Assembly: GCA_037139975.1 (NCBI GenBank)
Contig: JBAXFJ010000003.1
Coordinates: 1-62,604, forward strand
Direction: 5' to 3'
DNA from: a bacterium
Lineage (GTDB): Bacteria > Patescibacteriota > Minisyncoccia > Phycocordibacterales > SBAW01
Length of the DNA: 62,604 bases
In this document: one piece after another, positions 37,688 to 48,093 of the stretch
Position numbering within the stretch: the stretch's first letter is position 1
Layout: every line of letters begins with the position of its first letter
Position numbers and translations under genes: made by a program
Notes under the pieces: model-generated
What the model was told of the DNA's origin: nothing
Databases searched by the model: none
Seen by the model: only the letters and a program-made list of their open reading frames with translations

Positions 37688-37707
37688 CACTACGATATAT
37701 CGTAGTG
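37688..37707. repeat. perfect 20-bp palindrome CACTACGATATATCGTAGTG (copy 1 of 3)
   Basis: Direct reading. It lies 15 nt downstream of the stop of the TrpR-like gene. Confidence 0.95.
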
Positions 37708-37722
37708 CCTAAAACATCTATT

Positions 37723-38124
37723 TTATATTCTGTCTACCCAGTTCCACCGCGGCGCATGGACTGGGCGTGGAGCACTTACCAAAGCCGCAAGGGCAGCGAG
37801 TAGCCCAGTACTCACTTTGTTCTTTTTTGCAATCCGAATCGTTTGATCAAATTTGCCTTTCTGCATCGCAGACCAAATACGCCCAACGGTAGATGGGCTC
37901 ACGCGGAGCGTTTCTTGAATATCGTCAAACGAAAACCCCTCACCGAGCATACAAATAATCGCAAGGCGTTTGGCCAGCATAATTTGCTCAGTGCGTGTAA
38001 AGAGTTCTGCACACACAAGTGAGCGGTCTTTTGCGCTGCCTCTGTTGGTGAGGTGATCCAAAAGCCGAACGTAGATCTCGTCAGCAATTTTCTTCTCTGG
38101 TTCGTGTCGTGACACATGTGGCAT
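37723..38124 (-). CDS. TrpR/YerC-YecD-like helix-turn-helix protein
   Basis: FTRTEQIMLAKRLAIICMLGEGFSFDDIQETLRVSPSTVGRIW matches the Trp-repressor-like YerC pattern. ATG at 38124. Confidence 0.7.
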   Translation of the reverse strand: MPHVSRHEPEKKIADEIYVRLLDHLTNRGSAKDRSLVCAELFTRTEQIMLAKRLAIICMLGEGFSFDDIQETLRVSPSTVGRIWSAMQKGKFDQTIRIAKKNKVSTGLLAALAALVSAPRPVHAPRWNWVDRI

Positions 38125-38126
38125 AG

Positions 38127-38146
38127 CACTACGATATATCGTAGTG
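38127..38146. promoter_or_regulatory. perfect 20-bp palindrome (copy 2 of 3); candidate operator and -10 element of the TrpR-like gene
   Basis: It begins 2 nt upstream of the ATG. The internal TATATC lies 8 nt upstream of the start codon. Confidence 0.5.
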
Positions 38147-38186
38147 GAAGTAACACAAAGTTTCTTATCCACAAATCCACTGCGTC

Positions 38187-38224
38187 AACGGCCCATCGTG
38201 ATCCCTGTGGTGCTGGGGGTGTAG
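38187..38224 (+). pseudogene. orphan duplicate of the RNase J 3' end (encodes QRPIVIPVVLGV-stop)
   Basis: Compared with 37341-37377 (KRPIVIPVVLGV-stop), all differences after the first codon are synonymous (cgc/cgg, gtc/gtg, ccc/cct, gtt/gtg, tga/tag). Confidence 0.6.
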
Positions 38225-38382
38225 AGGTGCTATAGTTCCGCTGTAAATCGGGTGGGAGATGCGCTGATGTTCTTTACTCGACGACCCCAAACGGAACCGC
38301 CCTCAGGGGTGATTCTCATTTGCGTAGTTATTTTAGGAGCTTGCCTTATTATATCTTCGTTCCTTTAATTAATCACGGATGC

Positions 38383-38420
38383 AAAAAACGGCGCCCCGGG
38401 AGGGACGCCATTTTCTTTTT
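38383..38420. terminator. bidirectional intrinsic terminator (copy B), downstream of rpoBC
   Basis: aaaaaacggcgcccc-ggga-gggacgccattttcttttt. Confidence 0.8.
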
Positions 38421-38442
38421 ATAATTATTCTTACCTACTTAC

Positions 38443-41400
38443 CTACCCTGCTATCTCTTTTTCTACTTCGACTGGTTCGGTCACCGCAGGGCCGTACTTA
38501 TTTATCATGCGTTCCTTGGGCGAGCCTTTGAAGCCGGTGCCTGCGGGGATGAGGCGGCCGATGATGACGTTCTCTTTGAGGCCCTCGAGGTGGTCAACCG
38601 ATCCATACATCGCGGCTTTGATGAGCATGCGCGTGGTGTTCTGGAACGACGCTGCCGAGAGGAACGATGCGCGCGAGAGGCTCACATCGAGGATACCCAT
38701 CACCAAGTGTTCATAGGTCGCAGGTGTCTCAAGCTCGCCGATACGGCCGTTAGCCAAGACAATATCGTTCTCGCTGCAGACGTCACCGGTCGAGAATTCG
38801 GTTGCGCCTGGGAGTGTGATCTTCACGCGGCTGAACATCTGGCGCACTATTGTTTCTAGGTGCTTGATAGAGATGCTTGCGCCTTGGAGTTCATAGATCT
38901 TCACGATCTCCGTGATGATGTACGCTTGGGTTGCTTCGCGGCCTGCATATTTGAAGAGGTCCGAAAGATCTGCCGAACCGTCGGTCAGCATCTGGCCTTT
39001 TTTGATTGTCTCCCCCACCTTCACCAAAGACTGGCGACGAGCGTTGACCGTGTATTCGATGATATCCTTTTTGCTCTTGCCGCGGTCTTCGAGACTTGGA
39101 GCAATGCGGATTATTTTTTCTTTGTCTTCTTGTTTAATTTCAACCACTTCGCCCGAGACGGTTGCAACAATTGCTGGGTTGCGTGGGCTGCGGCGCTCGA
39201 AGATTTCTTCAACGCGCGGCAAACCTTGGGTCACGTCGCCACCTGCTGAAGCTGCGCCACCGGCGTGCTTGACGTTCATCGTCAGCTGGGTGCCTGGCTC
39301 GCCGATTGCCTGTGCAGCAACGGTGCCCACCGCTTCACCGAGCGCGACTGGCTTCATGGTACCGAGGTCTGCGCCGTAGCAGTGCGCACAGATCCCACGG
39401 CTCGAGATGCAGCCAACAGGACTGCGCACATAGACTGACTCGCTGCCCAATTCTTCAATGTGCTTGGCGTCAACGCCGGTGATGAAGTGGCCTTTCTTGT
39501 AGACTACTTTGCCTTCAGCGTCTGCGACGTCTGCAGCCAAGTAGCGGCCTTCAATGTTTTTGGCCAAGAACGTGCCAATGCCTGAGGCGCTTTCGCGCGT
39601 CACGACAAGACCTTCTTTGGTGCCACACTCCTCTTCAACCACCACGATGTCTTGCGCGACATCAAAGAGACGTCTTGTGAGGTAGCCGGCCTTAGCGGTC
39701 GAGAGCGCTGTGGAAGCGAGGCCCGAACGTGAACCGTGTGTTGTGAGGAAGTACTCAATGGGCGAGAGGCCTTCTTTCATCGACTTGGTCACAGGGAGCT
39801 CAATGGTGTCACCCGATGGCGACGCGATGAGACCTTTCATACCGGCCATCTGGGTCACCTGTGCGACCGAACCGCGGGCGCCTGACTTGAGCATGTCTGA
39901 CACGGGGCCGTTGACGGGGAGTGTGCCCGGGATGTGCTTTTCAACTTCAGACTTGGCAGCGTGCCAGATCTCGATGTTCATGCGATAGCGCTCTTCTTCA
40001 GACAAGAGACCTTCTTGCCAATGTGCCACCACTTCTGCTGACTTCTTTTGTGCTGCGGCAACAATCGCGTCTTTCTCCTCAGGGATACGGATGTCGTCGA
40101 GCGACCAGGTGATGCCAGACTGCGTCACATAGCGGAAGCCAAAGTTCTTAATCTTGTCCATAATGTCGGGGATCTTCTCGAGACCGTAGCGTGCGATGAG
40201 ATCGTCGATGAGTTTGGCAAGCGACTTCTTGTCCATCGGTGCGTTGATGAACGGATAGTTGCTTGGAAAGACGGTGTTGAAGATGAGTCGGCCAACCGTG
40301 GTCTCAAAGAGCTGTCCACCGAACGCAGCGTATTTTTCTTTTTCACTTGGCATGACTTTGATCTTTGCTTGGAACGCCAAGTGTCCATAGTCGTATGCAA
40401 GGATGGCGCTGTTTGGGCTCGAGAAGGAAAGGCCTTCACCCTTAGCACTTTCGACTTCTTTGGTCATCCAATAGGTGCCCAGGAGAATATCGAGAAGCTT
40501 GCTTGCGATAACCACGTCGCCACTTCCTGGCTTGAGGATGTTCTTACTTGCAGACATAATCTCACGCGCTTCGGTCTGAGCTTCAGGCGAGAGCGGCACG
40601 TGCACGGCCATCTGGTCGCCGTCGAAGTCAGCGTTGAAGGCTGAACAGACGAGTGGGTGCAGCTGGATTGCATTGCCTTCGATGAGGATAGGTTGGAAGG
40701 CCTGGATGCCGAGGCGGTGCAGGGTTGGTGCGCGGTTAAGCAACACGTATTTGTCTTTGATGATGTCTTCGAGGATTGCCCACACTTCTGGCACGCCTTC
40801 GTCGATGAGGCGACCGGCACCACGGATGTTGAAGGCGAGTTCTTTCTCAAGCAATTTGCCGATAACAAATGGTCGGAAGAGTTCGAGCGCCATGTGTTTT
40901 GGAAGACCACACTGCGAGAGCTTGAGCTCTGGGCCCACCACAATCACCGAGCGACCCGAGTAGTCCACACGCTTGCCGAGCAGGTTCTGGCGGAAGAGGC
41001 CATGCTTGCCTTTCAGGTTGTCGGCGAGCGACTTCAACGGACGGGTGCGTGCTTGCGCACCTGCAGCAAACGCTGCGCCACCGTGACGGATGGAACTGTC
41101 GATGAGCATGTCGACTGCTTCCTGCAAGATGCGCTTCTCGTTGCGGAGGATGACGTCTGGTGCGTGGATTTCGATGAGTTTCTTGAGGCGATTGTTGCGG
41201 TTGATGACGCGGCGGTAGAGGTCGTTGGCGTCGGAGGTCGCATGGCGGCCACCGTCGAGTGCAACCATAGGGCGCAGGCCTGGTGGGATGACGGGAATGC
41301 GAGTCAAGAACATCCACTCGGGGCGCACGTTTGCGCGGATCATACCGCGGAGGATAGAGAGGCGCTTGCCAAACTTCTCGCGGTCAGCGGCGCCAGCTTT

Positions 41401-44400
41401 CACGAGCGCTGCTTCCACATCCTCGGTCATCTGCTTGAGATCGAGGTTTTTGCACAGATTGTGGATTGCTTCAGCACCGATACCTGCCTCGAACATCGCA
41501 CCATACTTGATGGTGTAGCGGTGATACTTTGGTTCATCGAGGACCGAGCCGACATAGATGTTGTCGATGTCTCGCTTTGCCTCGAGGAAGAGTTCTTTCA
41601 TCTTGTCTTTCGACTTTTCGTCTTGGAGATTTTTCAGTTTTGATTTGTATTCAGTCTCAAGCTCGCCAATGATGCGCTCTTTTTCAGCTTTGTGCACCTG
41701 GGTCACCATGAAGCCCGCAAAGTACACCACGCGCTCGAGTTCGCCCGAGGAGATGCCGAGGACCATCGCGAGGCGCGAAGGAATAGCGCGGAGGAACCAC
41801 ACGTGTGCCACGGGCACCGCGAGGTCGACGTGGCCCATGCGCTCGCGACGCACGATTGCGCGGGTGATTTCGACGCCACACTTCTCACAGACAATGCCTT
41901 TGTAACGGATACCGCGGTATTTGCCACAGTAACATTCGTAGTCACGCTCCGGTCCGAAGATCTTTTCGTCAAAGAGAGAGTTTTTCTCTGGACGCTGGGT
42001 GCGGTAGTTGATGGTTTCAGGTTTGGTGACTTCACCATGCGACCACTCGAGGATCTTTTCAGGAGACGCAGGACGGATGTGTACTGCGTCAAAGTCTGAA
42101 ATGTCTGCACCCGGCATCTTGCCCGCCTGTGAAAGGCGCGTGCTTGATACTATCTGTCCGCCGCGCATAAGCGCCACGTCCAAAGCGAGACCACGCAGCG
42201 TGTGGAGCAGCACGTTGAACGACGCAGGTGCGTAGTGGTGCGCGATGCGTTCCCCGCGAACAATAGAGTCAAAGGCAGCAGAGCGACCTTGGATGTCGTC
42301 AGACTTAATGGTGAGCATCTCACGAAGCGTGTATGCAGCACCATAACCAAGAAGCGCCCACACTTCCATTTCACCAAAGCGCTGGCCACCGCCTTGCGCT
42401 TTGCCACCGAGCGGTTGCTGGGTGATGAGCGAGTAGGGTCCGATTGAGCGCATGTGGATTTTATCTTCAACCATGTGGTGAAGTTTGAGGATGTACATGT
42501 AGCCGACCGCGATTTCTTGCTCAAATGCTTCGCCGGTGCGACCGTCATAGAGCTTCATCTTTCCAGACTCATTGAAGCCAGCCTTTTTGAGCTCACCACG
42601 AATTTCAGTTTCAGTTGCGCCAGCAAACGGTGGGCAGATTGCTTGATAGTTGAGTGTGTTTGCTGCGAGGCCGAGGTGCAATTCGAGGATCTGTCCCAGG
42701 TTCATACGTGACGGCACACCAAGCGGGGTCAAAATCACGTCAACCGGGCGACCGTCTTCCATGTACGGCATGTCTTCTTCGGGCAAGATGCGTGAGATAA
42801 CACCCTTGTTGCCGTGACGGCCTGCGAGCTTGTCGCCAACCGACACCGTGCGGAGCTGTGCCACTTCGATGTGCACGCGCTTGATGATGCCACTTTCGAG
42901 ATGGTGGCCTTGTTCACGAGAAAATACTTTAACGCCGATGACGCGACCACGCTTGCCGTTCTCCATGCGGAGTGACGAGTCTTTTACATCGCGTGCCTTG
43001 TCGCCGAAGATAGAACGCAAAAGGCGCTCTTCAGGAGTAAGCTGCGTCTCGCCTTTTGGAGTAATTTTACCAACAAGAATGTCGCCGGGGCGCACCTCAG
43101 AGCCTTGACGGATGATGCCGTCTTCGTCGAGGTTACGGAGTTTGCCTTCAGAAACGTTGGGGATGTCGTGGGTAGTCTCTTCTTCGCCGAGCTTGGTGTC
43201 ACGCACGTTGCAGACAAACTCTTCGATGTGAATCGAGGAGAATTTTGAGTCTTTGACCATGCGCTCTGAGATGATGATGGCGTCTTCGTAGTTTGCTCCC
43301 GACCAGCACATGAAAGCCACGAGGGCGTTCTGCCCAAGCGCGAGCTGGCCGTTGTCGGTCGACGACGCGTCAGCCAAAAGCTGACCTTTTTCAACTTTTT
43401 GACCAACCGAGACTGATGGGCGTTGGTGCAGTGTGGTAAAACCGTTGGTGCGCACAAAGTTGACGAGCGGATAGATGGTGTCTTTGCCTTTTGCATTTTT
43501 GACGACGACACGCTTGCCGTCAGCCTCAGTCACCACGCCTTCTTCAAGCGCGAGCGCGATGCGTCCAGTGTCTTTTGCGGCGCGCGCCTCCATGCCGGTG
43601 CCCACGAGTGGCGCCTCGGGAAGAATGCAGGGCGTACCCTGCTTCTGCATGTTTGAACCCATGAGCGCACGGTTTGCATCGTTGTGTTCAAGGAATGGGA
43701 TCATCGAAGTGGCAACCGAGAATGGTTGCTCAGCCGCAACGTCGATAAACGTCACTTCCTCGCGAGCGATGCGTGTTGGCACCCCGTTGAGACGCGCCTC
43801 CACCATGGCGTCTGCGATTTTTTCTCCTTCGAGCTTGGTTGCACCGTGAACAATATATTCTTTTTCTTCTTCAGCAGCATTGAGGTATTGGATTTTACCG
43901 GTGACCACGCCTTTCTCGACACGCACGTACGGCGTCTCGATCATGCCGAACTCGTTGACACGCGCAAAGGTCGAGAGACGCAAAATAAGACCAATGTTAG
44001 GGCCTTCAGGAGTCTGGATCGGGCAAAGGCGCCCATAGTGGCTGGGGTGCACGTCGCGCACTTCAAAGCCTGCGCGCTCACGAGTGAGGCCGCCGGGTCC
44101 AAGCGCCGAGAGTGTGCGGAGGTGTTCGAGCTCTTCGAGCGCATTGGTCTGTTGCATGAACTGCGACAGCTGGTTGGTGGTGAAAAATTCTTTGATGCGT
44201 GCTTGCAGCGGACGCGGGTTGACGAATTGCTGCGGCATCGACGCGTCGGTGTCGATGGTCGACATGCGGTCTTGGATATTGCGCTTCATGTGTGTGAGGC
44301 CAACACGGAGGCGCTGCTGGAGCATTTCGCCCACATAGCGCACGCGGCGGGAACCAAGGTGGTCGATGTTGTCTTCAACGGCATTCGGGTCATTCTCGAG

Positions 44401-45303
44401 GCTCAGAACCGTCTCAAGCACGGTCACCAAGTCGTCGATGTTGAGTGTCTTGCGGGCCAGACCTGCTTCGTCCATCTCTTTATCAAAACGCTGGTTAAAG
44501 CGAAAACGCCCAACACGCGAGAGGTCGTAGCGGTCTTCACCAAAAATAGAGTTGATGTATTCGCGGGCGTTCGCGGCGGTTGCCATGTCGCCGTCGCGAA
44601 GGCGCTTGTGGATCTCGACATATGAGTCTTCAACTGTTTTTGCAGGGTCATTTTCAATTGCGTTCGCGATCCACGCTGAGCCGCGCTCAGAGTTTGCAAA
44701 CAATGCCTTCATGTCAGCATCCGAAGACACACCAAACACGCGCAACAGCGACGTCACGGGGAACTTGCGCTTTCGGTCGATGCGCACCGACAAGTCGCCA
44801 TCGGCACCTGCCTCTATTTCGATCCACGCACCGCGCGAAGGAATGATCTTTGCACCAAAGTGACGCTTGTTCTTTACTTCCTCAGTCGTGAAAAAGACGC
44901 CGTATGAACGCGCAAGCTGGGGCACAATGACACGTTCCACACCACTGATGATGAAGGTGCCGTGTGGGGTCATCAGGGGGAAGTCAGCCAAGAAGATCTC
45001 CTGCTCCTTCTCGCCACCCATCGCTTTGTTTTTGAGGAGCACGGTCGCATGCAGAGGCACGTCGAGCGTGAGCTTGTGGGCCTTGGCATAGTGCTCGTCG
45101 AACTTTGGCTCACCGATGTGAACCTTTACAAACTCAAGGTCAAACTTTTTGCCCGAGTAGTCTTTGATGGGGGTGAACTCTTTAAAAATGTCACGAACAC
45201 CGCTTTCAAGCAGTGTTTTGTATGAATCGGCTTGCGCAGCGACGAGGTTGGGGGTCTCGACACGAGGGGCTCGGAACCGTGAGAAGGTTTTTTGTTCGCG
45301 CAT
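38443..45303 (-). CDS. rpoBC: fused DNA-directed RNA polymerase beta-beta' (RpoB-RpoC) single ORF
   Basis: 2286 codons. The first 1062 aa or so are RpoB-like. From M at 42117 onward the sequence is RpoC-like (..[32 protein letters not shown].., NADFDGD). No stop separates them. Confidence 0.9.
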   Translation of the reverse strand: MREQKTFSRFRAPRVETPNLVAAQADSYKTLLESGVRDIFKEFTPIKDYSGKKFDLEFVKVHIGEPKFDEHYAKAHKLTLDVPLHATVLLKNKAMGGEKEQEIFLADFPLMTPHGTFIISGVERVIVPQLARSYGVFFTTEEVKNKRHFGAKIIPSRGAWIEIEAGADGDLSVRIDRKRKFPVTSLLRVFGVSSDADMKALFANSERGSAWIANAIENDPAKTVEDSYVEIHKRLRDGDMATAANAREYINSIFGEDRYDLSRVGRFRFNQRFDKEMDEAGLARKTLNIDDLVTVLETVLSLENDPNAVEDNIDHLGSRRVRYVGEMLQQRLRVGLTHMKRNIQDRMSTIDTDASMPQQFVNPRPLQARIKEFFTTNQLSQFMQQTNALEELEHLRTLSALGPGGLTRERAGFEVRDVHPSHYGRLCPIQTPEGPNIGLILRLSTFARVNEFGMIETPYVRVEKGVVTGKIQYLNAAEEEKEYIVHGATKLEGEKIADAMVEARLNGVPTRIAREEVTFIDVAAEQPFSVATSMIPFLEHNDANRALMGSNMQKQGTPCILPEAPLVGTGMEARAAKDTGRIALALEEGVVTEADGKRVVVKNAKGKDTIYPLVNFVRTNGFTTLHQRPSVSVGQKVEKGQLLADASSTDNGQLALGQNALVAFMCWSGANYEDAIIISERMVKDSKFSSIHIEEFVCNVRDTKLGEEETTHDIPNVSEGKLRNLDEDGIIRQGSEVRPGDILVGKITPKGETQLTPEERLLRSIFGDKARDVKDSSLRMENGKRGRVIGVKVFSREQGHHLESGIIKRVHIEVAQLRTVSVGDKLAGRHGNKGVISRILPEEDMPYMEDGRPVDVILTPLGVPSRMNLGQILELHLGLAANTLNYQAICPPFAGATETEIRGELKKAGFNESGKMKLYDGRTGEAFEQEIAVGYMYILKLHHMVEDKIHMRSIGPYSLITQQPLGGKAQGGGQRFGEMEVWALLGYGAAYTLREMLTIKSDDIQGRSAAFDSIVRGERIAHHYAPASFNVLLHTLRGLALDVALMRGGQIVSSTRLSQAGKMPGADISDFDAVHIRPASPEKILEWSHGEVTKPETINYRTQRPEKNSLFDEKIFGPERDYECYCGKYRGIRYKGIVCEKCGVEITRAIVRRERMGHVDLAVPVAHVWFLRAIPSRLAMVLGISSGELERVVYFAGFMVTQVHKAEKERIIGELETEYKSKLKNLQDEKSKDKMKELFLEAKRDIDNIYVGSVLDEPKYHRYTIKYGAMFEAGIGAEAIHNLCKNLDLKQMTEDVEAALVKAGAADREKFGKRLSILRGMIRANVRPEWMFLTRIPVIPPGLRPMVALDGGRHATSDANDLYRRVINRNNRLKKLIEIHAPDVILRNEKRILQEAVDMLIDSSIRHGGAAFAAGAQARTRPLKSLADNLKGKHGLFRQNLLGKRVDYSGRSVIVVGPELKLSQCGLPKHMALELFRPFVIGKLLEKELAFNIRGAGRLIDEGVPEVWAILEDIIKDKYVLLNRAPTLHRLGIQAFQPILIEGNAIQLHPLVCSAFNADFDGDQMAVHVPLSPEAQTEAREIMSASKNILKPGSGDVVIASKLLDILLGTYWMTKEVESAKGEGLSFSSPNSAILAYDYGHLAFQAKIKVMPSEKEKYAAFGGQLFETTVGRLIFNTVFPSNYPFINAPMDKKSLAKLIDDLIARYGLEKIPDIMDKIKNFGFRYVTQSGITWSLDDIRIPEEKDAIVAAAQKKSAEVVAHWQEGLLSEEERYRMNIEIWHAAKSEVEKHIPGTLPVNGPVSDMLKSGARGSVAQVTQMAGMKGLIASPSGDTIELPVTKSMKEGLSPIEYFLTTHGSRSGLASTALSTAKAGYLTRRLFDVAQDIVVVEEECGTKEGLVVTRESASGIGTFLAKNIEGRYLAADVADAEGKVVYKKGHFITGVDAKHIEELGSESVYVRSPVGCISSRGICAHCYGADLGTMKPVALGEAVGTVAAQAIGEPGTQLTMNVKHAGGAASAGGDVTQGLPRVEEIFERRSPRNPAIVATVSGEVVEIKQEDKEKIIRIAPSLEDRGKSKKDIIEYTVNARRQSLVKVGETIKKGQMLTDGSADLSDLFKYAGREATQAYIITEIVKIYELQGASISIKHLETIVRQMFSRVKITLPGATEFSTGDVCSENDIVLANGRIGELETPATYEHLVMGILDVSLSRASFLSAASFQNTTRMLIKAAMYGSVDHLEGLKENVIIGRLIPAGTGFKGSPKERMINKYGPAVTEPVEVEKEIAG

Positions 45304-45423
45304 AGTTTTTAAGGCTAGTTAATAAAACTATTTGGGTAATAAAACGCACATGCCCAATTGCTCACCCATTCACTCGTTCTTACGGAAAGAATTTCTGCAA
45401 GAGAGTTATCCACACCCACTAGA

Positions 45424-45455
45424 CGCAAAAATACCGGGAGTATGCAAAACTCCCT
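45424..45455 (-). terminator. attenuator-like hairpin plus U-run inside the rpoBC leader
   Basis: Minus strand reads gggagt-tttgcat-actccc followed by ggtatttttg. Confidence 0.4.
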
Positions 45456-45580
45456 ACTTCACTCCTGTTGAAGCTATACTTTCTGTGCGAACACTGTTTT
45501 TGTATCGAAACCCCCGCTCTCGATACTCAATCGCTACTTAGGATTTCCCCCAAATAGACCCCGCTTTGGTTTCATTAACT

Positions 45581-45608
45581 AGTATAACTGCCCAGAAACC
45601 CCTGTCAA
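45581..45608 (-). promoter_or_regulatory. strong sigma70-type promoter candidate for rpoBC
   Basis: Minus strand reads TTGACA, 16 nt, TATACT. It lies about 275 nt upstream of the rpoBC ATG. Confidence 0.6.
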
Positions 45609-45630
45609 GCACCATCTACCCAATTTGGGG

Positions 45631-45666
45631 ATAAAAAAGGCCACGAACAGGAGTGCTGCTGTGGCG
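45631..45666 (-). terminator. intrinsic terminator candidate
   Basis: Minus strand reads gccacagcagcactcctgttcgtggc followed by ctttttta. Confidence 0.5.
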
Positions 45667-45875
45667 CGTTGATGGGAAAGTCGCCTTTTGAGCTTCTTTA
45701 GGCTTGTTTGGGCGGTACAGTAGTGTCTGCACCCTCTTTCGAGGGTATTTGCCGTTGCCAGGGCGACGGGCGTTCATATTTCGAGCGTACCATTTAAAAA
45801 AACTCCTTCTGAGGTTGTTCAGCCTTTGAAATAGTACAATTATCTGGGTATAGAGTCAATGGTTTATTATCAGAC

Positions 45876-46535
45876 TTATTCCAACTCCACATACGCGAGT
45901 GGATCTTTGAACCGGCGGGCGTTTGCTTCAGTGTCTTTCACCAACCCATATCCATCCAGACTATCAAAAGCATTATTTGCAATAAGTTGATCAAAAAAAG
46001 ACTGTTCTATGGCCTGCAAGTGTAAGTGTGAAAACCAATTGCCATTGTATGGAGCCTTGCCCACTTTCGCAAAAATTTGATCTTTTTTGAGAATGTCACC
46101 AATCGCACATTGTGGATCCCGATCCAAATGGGCAAATATAAAGTAGAGTGGCAAGTTCTGATGCTTAACGACCACGTGCGGACCCCAACCACCGTCAAGC
46201 GGGTGATCATCCCCCACAAGCACTACCTCTCCATCAAAATCGAGAGCAATTTCAGTAAATGCGGGGGCATTAAAGTCGACACCGAGATGTGTATAGGTGC
46301 CCGTCTTGTCTAAATAACTCCCCTTCCACAAAAAACTACGATCTTCAAACCAGCCCCCATACGAATAATCGAGCCCGTACTTTTTATGCACATCATCAAC
46401 CATGGTCTGACAGATACTTGAGTCAATGAGCGGATTTTGTTCTGTACCCAAACCCCTTTCTTTAATCCATAAACGCGCCTCGGTGTCTAGATTTACATAA
46501 CCAACAGACTTGCCAGAAAGTTTTGGGAAAAGCAT
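45876..46535 (-). CDS. M23/LytM-family metallopeptidase-like protein
   Basis: HLGVDFNAP...FAHL...WFSHLHLQ (HxxxD and HxH motifs). ATG at 46535. Confidence 0.7.
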   Translation of the reverse strand: MLFPKLSGKSVGYVNLDTEARLWIKERGLGTEQNPLIDSSICQTMVDDVHKKYGLDYSYGGWFEDRSFLWKGSYLDKTGTYTHLGVDFNAPAFTEIALDFDGEVVLVGDDHPLDGGWGPHVVVKHQNLPLYFIFAHLDRDPQCAIGDILKKDQIFAKVGKAPYNGNWFSHLHLQAIEQSFFDQLIANNAFDSLDGYGLVKDTEANARRFKDPLAYVELE

Positions 46536-46618
46536 ATCCTCATTATCGCAAAAAAAGAGGGCCACCACAATGTGGCGGCCAATAAAACAAAACTAGGTTG
46601 AACGAAGGCGATGAATCT

Positions 46619-47182
46619 TCAAATGGCGCGATACAGCTCCATGATCACAGCGCGAGGTTTAAATCCGAGCCGCTCAAAAAACTTGTGCGCCCGAGCATTG
46701 GTGTTTCCGGTTTCGAGATACCATGATAACAGCCCAAGCGAACGCGCTTGCTCGTCGACCCATTTGAATAATGCATTACCAACTCCTTCACTACGATGCC
46801 CTTTTTCGACAACAATGTCTTCGAGGACCACGTGCGGATTCAGCCCGTGTCGAAAAGAAACGACCATGAGGCCAGCAAGCGACGCATCGTCTCTGATGGC
46901 TGTGACCACCAACTCTGCGTTGCGGCCGGGCACGGGCTCTAGAGACTTAATACGTTCTGCAAGAGCGGCTATATTCTCCTGATGCCTAGTACTCCACGAG
47001 GAGTATCCAAGTATCCGTGGTGGCTTGCCCGAAAAGGTTGAATAATCTTCAGGCACATTTGCGACGAAGAATCGCATAAGAGCAGATGCTATGGCTGGAT
47101 CCTTACACCACCCCACAATGGGACGATTAGCGACCGGCGCAGCAACAGTTGAAGAACCTTGCCTTAGCGGAGTTACGTTCAT
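46619..47182 (-). CDS. GNAT family N-acetyltransferase
   Basis: VVEKGHRSEGVGNALFKWVDEQARSLG (acetyl-CoA motif A). The start is either 47182 or 47239. Confidence 0.75.
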   Translation of the reverse strand: MNVTPLRQGSSTVAAPVANRPIVGWCKDPAIASALMRFFVANVPEDYSTFSGKPPRILGYSSWSTRHQENIAALAERIKSLEPVPGRNAELVVTAIRDDASLAGLMVVSFRHGLNPHVVLEDIVVEKGHRSEGVGNALFKWVDEQARSLGLLSWYLETGNTNARAHKFFERLGFKPRAVIMELYRAI

Positions 47183-47316
47183 TCCTTGTTTCCCCCTCTT
47201 TATTTGGCTCTGAGGTACTGTGCATGTCCAATCCCCCATGGATAAGACCCAAAAACATCATACTTATTATTTAAATTTGTGTCAAATGTCCTCTGTGCAT
47301 AAGCTACATTTGAGAG

Positions 47317-48093
47317 CTATTCTGGCTTGCTGCGCCCCGCCCGTACCGAAAGTACGTTCGGGCGGGTTTTTTTCCTCCATTCCTCCATATTGGCATGGTG
47401 ACCCGAGAGCAGAACTTTGGGGACCGTATAGTTTTTGTTTTTCCCTTTTGAGTCTTTATGCATCAATACCTCTGGGCGGGTGTAGATCTCGTGGCTCGCA
47501 ACCCTCCCCTCCTCGAGCGATTCAAACTTTCCCAACACACCAGGAATCTGCCTTGCTGTTGCATCAATGATAGTAAGCGCTGGAACTTCCCCACCGGTCA
47601 AAATGTAGGGACCGACTGAAACTTCTTCAACTTGCGCGCCCATACTTTTGATAACTTTTTTAACCCGAGCGTCTATCCCCTCGTAGCGGCCACACAAAAT
47701 AATCACTTCGTCATACTTAGTGAGCGCTTTGGCATACGAATTCGTCAGCTCTTTGCCGCCCGCTGCCGTGATCAATACTTTTATTTTTTTACTGGCTGCG
47801 GTTGATTTTGCAGGCTTACTTACTTTTTTCTGAATAGACTTTTGGATAGATTCAACTGCCTTGATGAATGGCTCGGCGCGCAAAACCATCCCCGGGCCGC
47901 CACCATAGGGCCGCTCATCGACTTTTGCATAAAACCACTTACCTGCCCGACCCTTGGGCGGGTTGCCCGAGAAGTCGCGCAACTGATAGGTCTTCACGGT
48001 AAATTTCTTTTCCTTCTGTGCGCGCCCCAAAATCGACACATTTGTGTATGCGTCTATCGTCTCAGGAAACAGAGTGATTACATGAAAATTCAT
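47317..48093 (-). CDS. trmD: tRNA (guanine37-N1)-methyltransferase
   Basis: MNFHVITLFPE, CGRYEGIDARV and the SVGPYILTGGEVPAL trefoil-knot region. It contains a Lys-rich insertion. Confidence 0.9.
   Translation of the reverse strand: MNFHVITLFPETIDAYTNVSILGRAQKEKKFTVKTYQLRDFSGNPPKGRAGKWFYAKVDERPYGGGPGMVLRAEPFIKAVESIQKSIQKKVSKPAKSTAASKKIKVLITAAGGKELTNSYAKALTKYDEVIILCGRYEGIDARVKKVIKSMGAQVEEVSVGPYILTGGEVPALTIIDATARQIPGVLGKFESLEEGRVASHEIYTRPEVLMHKDSKGKNKNYTVPKVLLSGHHANMEEWRKKTRPNVLSVRAGRSKPE
47335..47373 (+). terminator. strong GC hairpin plus T7 run on the plus strand, embedded in the trmD 3' coding region
   Basis: ccccgcccgtac-cgaaa-gtacgttcgggcggg followed by ttttttt. It is antisense to trmD. 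Confidence 0.45.

Noticed and set aside
37378-38442. The TrpR-like cassette as an insertion sequence or MITE carrying a transposase.
   Set aside because: The only ORFs are a 63-aa peptide and a 133-aa HTH protein with no DDE, HUH or recombinase motifs. It is treated as a cassette or scar of unknown mobility rather than annotated as a mobile element.
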